A DNA stretch of 12,323 nt from an uncultured Dehalococcoidia bacterium (GTDB lineage: Bacteria > Chloroflexota > Dehalococcoidia > Lucifugimonadales > UBA3495): NCBI GenBank assembly GCA_950072105.1, contig CATMOE010000084.1, forward strand, positions 1 through 12,323. The letters run 5' to 3'. Every line of letters starts with the position of its first letter. Position 1 is the first letter of the stretch. The notes beneath the pieces are model-generated. The model saw nothing but the letters and a program-made list of their open reading frames with translations. It was not told where the DNA came from and made no database searches. The translations under genes were made by a program, and so were the position numbers. Below, in pieces: positions 1 to 6,887 of this stretch.

Positions 1-52
1 GTGGACGGCCTGGTGCTAAATCACCCAAGCACAACGGAAAATCTTTTCAGCT

Positions 53-128
53 GTCACCAGGACTGAAGAGAAGGGTTAAGCGGGCGGGCCGGTCCACAAA
101 GCGGCACATAGGCATTCTTGCGGGGAGA
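53..128. repeat. Copy 1 of a ~76-bp dispersed intergenic direct repeat
   Basis: gtcaccaggactgaagagaagggttaagcgggcgggccggtccacaaagcggcacataggcattcttgcggggaga aligns without gaps to 1191..1266 (63/75 identical by hand count) and 4862..4937 (53/75). Confidence 0.92.
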
Positions 129-201
129 TGCGATTAAGATCTAAGGCATCATCGGTTTCAGGACATTACATCAACGCGACCTGAGCATTATTTCTTGACG
201 C

Positions 202-1056
202 TCATTCACCTTTGAGCCAACTGTTGAACGCTGCGACCATATCGGGATGCCCTTGGACGCTAATCCGACCATCGTCTAAAAGCTGGTCCAGTACCAAGCG
301 CTTGTACATAAGCATTACGAACGTGCTGGTATCACATTGGAAAGTCACGTCGGCCGAACTGATAATAGTTTCTTCCATCCTGGCCCTTTGTTCTTCGACT
401 ATGATATCCCACTGCCCTGACACGCCCCCTGTGACTTGGAAACGATAACGCACTGCGGTGATATTCTCTGAGTCCATGAGAAACCTGTCGTACCCTGGTG
501 TCGGACCAAATCTACGCGGGATTCTTTCCATGAGAGTCGGTAGTGTGGCGCTGGAAACTGGTGCTCCAGGCTCAATCTGGGAGCGCATATCCCACTCATG
601 GATGGCCAATTCCTGAACAGCGTTGAGAACAAAGCGTTCGGCAGGAAATACTGCAGGAATATGGTAGCAAGGCTTTCCCCAGTCCTCAGGACCGATGCTT
701 CCCAATAGTAGATTAAACCGTTCCCATGTTGATCCTAACCGGTCCAGAAGCGAGTCTCCCTCTGATTTCCGAATGGCGATGGCTTTCTCAGCAATCAAGT
801 CATCAAAACTGGCTGGATCTAAACTTCCCGAGGCAGGAAATCCGTCGGTAGGCGATGAATCACCTTGTATCCCCCGAGAAACCGTATCGCCATATAAATC
901 AGCGACCATCACCAAGTGAGCTGCAACATCGCGTACTTCCCAAAGGCCACAGGCGCTAGGGAGGGTCCAAGCGTCAGCGGATATAGATCCAAGGTACTTA
1001 ATTAGACGTTCTGACTCGGATTTGATCAGCTGGATTCTATCCTGTCTTGAAACCAT
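202..1056 (-). CDS. Maleylpyruvate isomerase (MDMPI)/DinB-superfamily metal-dependent protein with C-terminal SCP2 (sterol carrier)-like domain
   Basis: 284 aa. N-terminal 'WTLPSACGLWEVRDVAAHL' and 'QELAIHEWD' (ExxxHxxD) motifs are typical of the MDMPI N domain. The C-terminal 'ADVTFQCDTSTFVMLMYKRL...GRISVQG' is SCP2-like. AGGAG RBS at 1062-1066. Confidence 0.85.
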   Translation of the reverse strand: MVSRQDRIQLIKSESERLIKYLGSISADAWTLPSACGLWEVRDVAAHLVMVADLYGDTVSRGIQGDSSPTDGFPASGSLDPASFDDLIAEKAIAIRKSEGDSLLDRLGSTWERFNLLLGSIGPEDWGKPCYHIPAVFPAERFVLNAVQELAIHEWDMRSQIEPGAPVSSATLPTLMERIPRRFGPTPGYDRFLMDSENITAVRYRFQVTGGVSGQWDIIVEEQRARMEETIISSADVTFQCDTSTFVMLMYKRLVLDQLLDDGRISVQGHPDMVAAFNSWLKGE

Positions 1057-1190
1057 CTCTACTCCTGGAACAGACTAACAATTTTGATTCCAGTGGGCAC
1101 ACATGAGTATGTCGGATCTTTTGATTAGGGATTAGTCGGTATCAGCTTGGATTGCTTGTTGATATTGCTCTCCTACACTCGGCGGACCCC

Positions 1191-1266
1191 GTCGCCAGGG
1201 CTGAAGAGAAGAGTTAAGAGGGCGGTCCGGTCCGCAAGGCGGCACTTGGCTATTCTGGCGGGGAGG
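1191..1266. repeat. Copy 2 of the ~76-bp dispersed repeat
   Basis: gtcgccagggctgaagagaagagttaagagggcggtccggtccgcaaggcggcacttggctattctggcggggagg; 63/75 identical to copy 1 and 56/75 to copy 3, no gaps. Confidence 0.92.
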
Positions 1267-1369
1267 TAACCCGATGGCCTAATGGCATCCGGCATCCAAA
1301 TAGTCAGTTCGCCATGCCTCCGTGGGACTGCGGCCTGTCAGCCGTGCAGGAACCAGAGACTTTCATCGA

Positions 1370-2173
1370 TCAGTGATACACTGCCTGCCCGGATCCGCCG
1401 CCGGCGGCAATTACCTCACCACTGATGGCGATGGACCGCGGTGAGGCCAAGAACGCGACCACATAGGCGAGCTCGCTGGCATCTACGATGCGATTCGTGG
1501 CGTTGTTTGCCGCGACACGGGCCTCCACTTCTTCTACGGAGATGCCCTGTTGCCGCGCCTGCTCCTCGTACATGGGTCCGCTACGCTCGGTACGGGTGGC
1601 GCCTGGATGGACCAGATTCACGGTTACCCCCGACGGTCCCAGTTGCTGGGACAGATATTTGGTCAGGTTAACCAGGCCGGCATTGCGGATCCCGGCGCTG
1701 ACGTTGGCGCCGTTAGCGTTCCGGGCCGACAAGCCACCGATGTTGACGATTCGTCCCCAGCCCTGGTCGGTCATGTAGGGGCCTACGGCACGGGCACAGC
1801 GCAAATAACCCACCACCTTGGTATTCAGGTCATCAAGTACATCGTCGTCGGAAATACTGGCCAATGGTCCCCGGGCGATGCCTCCAGGGGCCGCTGCATT
1901 GTTGACCAGGATGTCGATGCGCCCTAACACATTGGCCGCTTCCTGGATCATTCGCTCAACATCGGGCGTGCTGGTAGTATCCGCGGTGATACCGACCACC
2001 TTTCGGCCCGTCTCCTGGCTCAGCTCTCTTGCGGCTAGCTCCAGATCTTCGGGCCGACGGGCGCAAATGACGACGTCACAGCCCGACAACGCCAGTTCTC
2101 TAGCCACTGCTTTGCCTATGCCCCGGCTGGCGCCGGTAACTATGGCAGTTTTGCCCTCCAACTCCAGGTCCAT
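1370..2173 (-). CDS. Short-chain dehydrogenase/reductase (SDR) family NAD(P)-binding oxidoreductase with atypical active site
   Basis: TGASRGIG Rossmann motif, 'DILVNNA' and 'GVTVNLVHPG'. Start moved from the track's 2245 to the ATG at 2173 (MDLELEGKTAIV), which has AAGGGAGG just upstream; 267 aa. Confidence 0.92.
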   Translation of the reverse strand: MDLELEGKTAIVTGASRGIGKAVARELALSGCDVVICARRPEDLELAARELSQETGRKVVGITADTTSTPDVERMIQEAANVLGRIDILVNNAAAPGGIARGPLASISDDDVLDDLNTKVVGYLRCARAVGPYMTDQGWGRIVNIGGLSARNANGANVSAGIRNAGLVNLTKYLSQQLGPSGVTVNLVHPGATRTERSGPMYEEQARQQGISVEEVEARVAANNATNRIVDASELAYVVAFLASPRSIAISGEVIAAGGGSGQAVYH

Positions 2174-2563
2174 GGATCCCTCCCTTCGTGCGGTGTTGTA
2201 GTAAGAGTGAGAATTTCGCACCCTCAAATTGCCCTCCCCAGTCAAAAGGGACCGCAGCCCGTGTCGGCCTGACTAAGTTTTAGAGGCGCCATTGTGAGTG
2301 TGCATCAGGGTGGTCCCCTTTGCAATACGTATCCACTCGATCGGTCGAGGCATCCTTAGTGGAAATTTGACTATGGATCTAAAAAATTTGTCCCAGGAAA
2401 CGCCAGTAAGGTGAACCCCATCAGTTGGACAGGGTTGGGGCGATATTAAGTGAGAGTCCCGCCGGATTCCCAAGGTTTACCAATACTCCACTTGGTGACC
2501 ACTTCCTTTCCGTTGGTTCTTTATCTAATCTTGAATCATTAGAATTCCTTGGATTAGTTGCCT

Positions 2564-2983
2564 TTACGCATCGTCAGGGGTAAACGTTGCGATGTGGCGC
2601 GGGGACAGCTTGAAGGCAACGACCCTGGGCGATTTGTCTCGGTATCCCTCGGCAAAGGAACGTCCCTTTTCCTTGCCGTAATACCGCAGTGCCATTGACA
2701 ATACAAGTTCGTAAAGAGGCCGATCAGTCTCCAGAACCGGCCCATCCATAACGACCGATGAGTACGGAGGTTCACGCTTGTCTATGCACAGAGAAGCATG
2801 GGGTCGCGCTAGCAGGTTCCGCCACTTCAAAGTGCGACGCGCTGTGAACATATAGGCTGTTCCGTCCTCCCATTGGAACCAGATTGGCGCCGACCGAGGC
2901 CTACCGAATTCGTCTACCGTGCTGATCACGGCCACCTCAGGTTGTTTCAAGAACACCTCTAGCTGCTCCTGGCTCATGGGCAT
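2564..2983 (-). CDS. Pyridoxamine 5'-phosphate oxidase-like (PPOX class) split-barrel flavin/F420-dependent oxidoreductase
   Basis: 139 aa. 'AVISTVDEFGRPRSAPIWF' and 'KWRNLLARPHASLCID' match the PPOX/Rv1155-like pattern. GAGGTG RBS at 2992-2997. Confidence 0.88.
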   Translation of the reverse strand: MPMSQEQLEVFLKQPEVAVISTVDEFGRPRSAPIWFQWEDGTAYMFTARRTLKWRNLLARPHASLCIDKREPPYSSVVMDGPVLETDRPLYELVLSMALRYYGKEKGRSFAEGYRDKSPRVVAFKLSPRHIATFTPDDA

Positions 2984-3048
2984 GGTTGCCGCACCTCAAT
3001 CACTTGGATAACTCTATGGGTAGTTCCAGCTAAAGCCGTCCGATCGTA

Positions 3049-4365
3049 TCATGCCAACGTCCTGGTTTCCGCTCCCTCCGCCGTGTGGAGCCGATTTGGC
3101 TTCCGCATTAAGGCGAAGGTTAACGCACCCAAGCCGAAGAAAACGGTGAAGACCCACAAGGGTAAGGTGTAGTTCTCCGCCCGGTCATACCACCATCCGG
3201 CAAACACCGGAGCCAGGAATACGCCAGGGCTGGAGGCTAGTTGCGTAAGCCCACGCAGCCGCCCGTAGGCCCTCCTGCCGAAGTAGTCTCCAAAGGTAGC
3301 CCAATTGTTGGAACCACTGGTTTCCGCTACCGCGAAGAGCAGCACAAACAAGTAGATAACCCAAACCGCGGATAGAGGGGATGCCAGCAGCAAGAACGAT
3401 ATGGTTCCTGCGACCGAAGTCATGGACAGCACTAGGTTCTTGGGGACCACGTCGGCTAGCCACCCGAAGAACAGGGACAAGGGCGCCAAGAGAAGGAGAA
3501 GAAACCCAAAGATGAATGCTGCGGTCTGTTGCTCGATGCCCTTCCACACTAATATGGGTATGATATGGAGAATTACACCGGCCTTGGCGGTCAGACGTAG
3601 GGTGCTACCCGCCAGAAGCAGCCAGTAGGAAGGTGTGCGCAGCGCCTCGCCCAGCCCGTAGTCGGCGAACTGGGCGTCCTCGGACGGTTGCTGGTTCTCT
3701 GGATGGCGGCTCGCTCTTTCGGCGGGTGCACTGGCTCGGTCTCCGTCGGGGAGCAATCCAACCGACTCCGGCGTGTTGCGTACCAGAAGGGAAAGGGGTA
3801 GAGCTACGCACAAGATGATGGCTCCGGCTACCGAGGAGGCGGTTTGCCATCCTTGGGAGGCGATAAGCAGGGCCAGTAACGGCACGAGGATCGCCGGGGT
3901 TAGCGCGCTGATGCCGTGGTAAGAGGACATGGCCAGGGCCCGGCGGCGGATAAACCAATTATTGATCAGGGCCGACAGGGAGTTGGAGAAAGCCAGGCCG
4001 CTACCCAGAGTGATCATACCCAGGTAAACAAGGCCAAAGGTCCAGATGTTGTCGGTCCTGGCCAGAAGCAAGAAACCCGTACCGGTTATGGTGGCGCCGA
4101 TCATCAAGATGGGCTTGGGGCCAAACCGGTCAATCAGCCACCCGGCCACGGGGCTGATTGGACCGCCTTCGGACCGCGACAACGAAAACACCAAGGAAAT
4201 GGAGGCGCGGCTGACGCCAAACCCTTCGCTGACTGGCAGCAAGAAGACAACGTATCCTTTGTTATAAGCCGAAGCGTTGATGGAATGGACCATCCCGGCT
4301 AGGGACACCATCCACCAGCCAAGGAATATCCGAGACCGCTGCCGTCTGTGGGTTAACGCACGCAC
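3049..4365 (-). CDS. MFS transporter (12-TM, OFA/monocarboxylate-like)
   Basis: 438 aa. Motif A 'GWLIDRFGPK', 'NNWFIRRRALAM', 'GDYFGRRAYG' and about 12 hydrophobic segments. AAAGGAG RBS precedes the GTG start. Confidence 0.93.
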   Translation of the reverse strand: MRALTHRRQRSRIFLGWWMVSLAGMVHSINASAYNKGYVVFLLPVSEGFGVSRASISLVFSLSRSEGGPISPVAGWLIDRFGPKPILMIGATITGTGFLLLARTDNIWTFGLVYLGMITLGSGLAFSNSLSALINNWFIRRRALAMSSYHGISALTPAILVPLLALLIASQGWQTASSVAGAIILCVALPLSLLVRNTPESVGLLPDGDRASAPAERASRHPENQQPSEDAQFADYGLGEALRTPSYWLLLAGSTLRLTAKAGVILHIIPILVWKGIEQQTAAFIFGFLLLLLAPLSLFFGWLADVVPKNLVLSMTSVAGTISFLLLASPLSAVWVIYLFVLLFAVAETSGSNNWATFGDYFGRRAYGRLRGLTQLASSPGVFLAPVFAGWWYDRAENYTLPLWVFTVFFGLGALTFALMRKPNRLHTAEGAETRTLA

Positions 4366-4539
4366 CAGAGGCTCCTTTCCTGGACACTATCGAAAGGGGT
4401 GGGGGTGTCTGGGGTTGTAGCCGGTGTGGATGTTGTGTGGCGGCCGGCCGGCAGCGTCGCGGAGCCACACTGGCTCACATTCAACAGCTCCTCCTCACTG
4501 GCTCTGGAACGTTCAGCAGGTCCATCTTCAGTTTAACAG

Positions 4540-4611
4540 CGAGGTAAAGGCGACTGTGACGCCGTCAGGCGCGCACGAAGTGTGCCCATCCCAGGTCGGG
4601 GTGTTGGACAG
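4540..4611 (-). pseudogene. Decayed fragment of a TolB-like beta-propeller (PD40 repeat) protein
   Basis: Minus-strand translation LSNTPTWDGHTSCAPDGVTVAFTS resembles the PD40 consensus LTxxxxxDxxPxWSPDGxxIAFxS. In-frame stops lie close by on both sides. Confidence 0.6.
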
Positions 4612-4798
4612 ACCTCAGAAGCTGCGGTATCAGAATCGAAGAATGTGTAAAGCCACACTGCGCTCAGAAAACGGTTGTGTGCATTCGGGCGTTAAGGGGT
4701 TGGGGGGGGCCTGCTTGCGCCTGGACGGGTTATGGGCCTTGAACATGGTTGTCAAGAAGACCGAAGCGGGCATGTGCCGATGATCTATTCAAGGGTTG

Positions 4799-4954
4799 CT
4801 ATCGGTTGCGCAACATAATAGCAGGTATCAACACCGGGTAACACCACAGGAGCAGACGTCGGTCACCGGGACCGAATAGGAGGGTCAAGAGCACGGTCCG
4901 GTCGGTAAGACGTCACCGGGCTCTTCTTGCGGGAAGGTAGACATCACTAGCCAT
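4799..4954 (-). other. Candidate small ORF through repeat copy 3 with an in-frame TGA at codon 14
   Basis: AAGGA (4961-4965), 6 nt, then ATG (4954). Reads MASDVYLPARRAR*RLTDRTVLLTLLFGPGDRRLLLWCYPVLIPAIMLRNR*. Confidence 0.3.
4862..4937. repeat. Copy 3 of the ~76-bp dispersed repeat
   Basis: gtcaccgggaccgaataggagggtcaagagcacggtccggtcggtaagacgtcaccgggctcttcttgcgggaagg; ungapped, 56/75 identical to copy 2 and 53/75 to copy 1. Confidence 0.85.
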
Positions 4955-5232
4955 AACTTATCCTTCAATCGATGACAGGAGCCCCATCCTTAGGGCCCGT
5001 ATGGGTATGGGGTATTTCTGGGATTGTTCGCCGCACAACTAAAGGATTCAACCCCAAGAGGACCGTATCTGGAAACCCGAAACTCCGTCCCATTTTTAGA
5101 GTTTGAGGGGTCTGTCCAAAGGACAAAACTGGTAAACTACCGCTAATGACCATTATGCGGACACCTCTCACAACGACCGACCGCACCACCGGCGTATTGT
5201 CCTAAGCCCATCTAAGTGAGCGTAGATTTCTG

Positions 5233-5237
5233 GGAGG
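5233..5237 (+). promoter_or_regulatory. Shine-Dalgarno site of the amidase gene
   Basis: GGAGG 7 nt upstream of the ATG at 5245. Confidence 0.8.
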
Positions 5238-5244
5238 ATAGGTT

Positions 5245-6639
5245 ATGACTGGGGCCGATCTTTTAAACACAACCATTTCTCAGGTGAGCCGATCGATCCG
5301 GGAACGACAACTTTCGCCTGTGGAGTTGACCCAAGCATGCATTGAGCAGAGTGAACGTGTGGACCCCATGCTAAAAGCATTTACCACCATGACTCCCGAA
5401 TACGCGATTCAGCGGGCCCAGCAAGCAGAGAAAGAAATTAGCAGCGGCAAATACCGAGGACCTTTGCACGGCATCCCATACACTTTGAAGGATGTGATCG
5501 CAACCCAGGGTATTCGGACTACCTTCGGCAACCCACGTATGATCGACTTCAAGCCCCAAGAGTCCGCGACCGTCCACGTCCTGCTAGAGGAAGCGGGGGC
5601 AGTTTTACTGGGCAAGGTCTACTCTCACATTGGGCGAGGCGACAACCCGGTGATGTGCTACAGCCCGTGGGATCCAGACACTAGTCCTGGAACCACAAGT
5701 GGCGGCTCCGGCTCGTCGGTGGCTTCAGGCATGGGCTTGCTGTCCATTGGAACCGATACGGGTGGCTCCGTGCGCCACCCGGCCAGCAACTGTGGCGTGG
5801 TGGGTTTCAAGGCGACCTTTGGTCGGATCAGCAGGTTCGGCGTTTGGGCTACCTCTTGGACGACCGATCAAGCTGGGCCCATAACAAAGACGGTAGAAGA
5901 TAACGCTATTGCCATGGAATGCCTCGCCGTCCATGACCCGAAGGACTTGGTGAGTTTGAATCTGGAATCCAGCGAATACCGCTCCGGGGTTATGGGAGGT
6001 GTCGGAGGCCTGAAGATCGGGTTGCCGGTGGATTCTTGGGTATGGAAAGAATGGATCAACCAGGATGAAGAAGACGCAGTGCGCAATGCGGTCGGAGTAC
6101 TGGAGGAATTGGGAGCCGAGATTGTCGAACTTTCTCTTCCTTTGGCCTACGAAGCCCGCAACAATTCTTTGGCCGCCGAAGGGGCTGTGTGGCTTCGTGA
6201 CAACTTCTCAAACGACGCTTTGCAAGAGTGGGAGGAGTTGCATACGCAATTGGAGCGGGGCGAAACACAGTCCTTTACCGAGTACTTGCATGGCCAGCAA
6301 AAACGAATGGCCATCCGCCAAGAGGCCATCGCCGCTCTACAAAGAGTGGACGTGATCTTAATGCCTACCGGTAATACCATCGGAGACAAATGGGACGCCA
6401 TTAACGCCAACATCCGTGGCAGGGATGTACCTGCTCGTTCCCGGGCCGTCTACCTCAATGGTATGGCCAGTCAGGCGGGCTTGCCGGCAATCTCCATTCC
6501 CTGCGGTTTCGCCAAGGAAGAGCGCTTTCCAGTGGGGCTACAACTGGTGGGACGCGACTTGGAAGAGGCCCTGGTTCTACGGGTGGCCTATGCCTACGAG
6601 CAAGCGACTCCATGGCACCAGCAACACCCTCCGGTGTAA
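5245..6639 (+). CDS. Amidase signature (AS) family enzyme; GatA-like paralog, not housekeeping GatA
   Basis: 464 aa. 'GPLHGIPYTLKD' (catalytic Lys82), 'GTDTGGSVRHPASNCGVVGFK' (nucleophile Ser175) and C-terminal 'LRVAYAYEQAT'. No gatB/gatC neighbours. Confidence 0.93.
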   Translation: MTGADLLNTTISQVSRSIRERQLSPVELTQACIEQSERVDPMLKAFTTMTPEYAIQRAQQAEKEISSGKYRGPLHGIPYTLKDVIATQGIRTTFGNPRMIDFKPQESATVHVLLEEAGAVLLGKVYSHIGRGDNPVMCYSPWDPDTSPGTTSGGSGSSVASGMGLLSIGTDTGGSVRHPASNCGVVGFKATFGRISRFGVWATSWTTDQAGPITKTVEDNAIAMECLAVHDPKDLVSLNLESSEYRSGVMGGVGGLKIGLPVDSWVWKEWINQDEEDAVRNAVGVLEELGAEIVELSLPLAYEARNNSLAAEGAVWLRDNFSNDALQEWEELHTQLERGETQSFTEYLHGQQKRMAIRQEAIAALQRVDVILMPTGNTIGDKWDAINANIRGRDVPARSRAVYLNGMASQAGLPAISIPCGFAKEERFPVGLQLVGRDLEEALVLRVAYAYEQATPWHQQHPPV

Positions 6640-6715
6640 TATTTAGTGTTTGAGCGCAGACGTTGAATCAGAGAATCGATACTACTAGCTAGGTCTGGAA
6701 TTTCGTTTGCCATCG

Positions 6716-6840
6716 ATAAATACCGGGACGATTTACCAAGCTTAAATGCCGAGGCGTCCACTGATGATCTTGGCGTTGGCGCCCTGCATCAGCATCAACT
6801 TGGAGCGCGTGTGCCCGGCTTCATGCATCGAGACGAAGTC
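6716..6840 (-). pseudogene. Degenerate C-terminal fragment of a tyrosine recombinase/phage integrase
   Basis: Minus strand reads DFVSMHEAGHTRSKLMLMQGANAKIISGRLG, like box II (HxLRHTxAxxxLxxGxxxKxVSxRLGH). After a 1-nt frameshift it continues LSLVNRPGIY, placing Tyr at the canonical distance from LGH. Confidence 0.7.
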
Positions 6841-6887
6841 TGGACTACTGTTGGTAGGGGAACATCTTGGTAGGTCCCAAGGCGTCG

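Noticed and set aside
63..128. Hammerhead ribozyme (CUGAAGA in repeat copies 1 and 2)
   Set aside because: No correctly placed GAAA/UH with stems I-III, and copy 3 has CCGAAUA at this position.
1074..1219. Integron attC site (TCTTAAC ... GTTAGTC on the minus strand before the MDMPI RBS)
   Set aside because: The arms are not complementary, there are no L boxes, and it starts ~150 bp from the upstream stop codon.
1191..1235. Repeat peptide DRTALLTLLFSPG as tyrosine-recombinase box I (RDRAllxLLxxTGxR)
   Set aside because: The register is imperfect, and the conserved PGD replaces TG(L/M)R, so the catalytic Arg is not consistently present.
2174..2245. 24-aa N-terminal extension of the SDR in the ORF track
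   Set aside because: Non-homologous sequence; a strong RBS precedes the ATG at 2173.
2273..2473. 66-aa ORF containing DGVHLT (SGNH block V-like) or VSWDKF (Uma2-like)
   Set aside because: The match is too short and ambiguous, and there is no RBS.
4424..4783. 119-aa + strand ORF
   Set aside because: No recognisable domain or RBS; it overlaps the PD40 remnant on the opposite strand.
53..4937. CRISPR array or conserved structured RNA as the explanation for the repeat
   Set aside because: Copies are kilobases apart, too long and too diverged for CRISPR. The hairpins found differ between copies and show no compensatory changes.
4965..5189. 74-aa minus ORF ending at the RBS of the copy-3 micro-ORF
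   Set aside because: No recognisable homology or RBS. It could be a gene remnant but is not supportable as a feature.
5245..6639. Calling the amidase gatA
   Set aside because: No gatB/gatC neighbours and divergent signature motifs.
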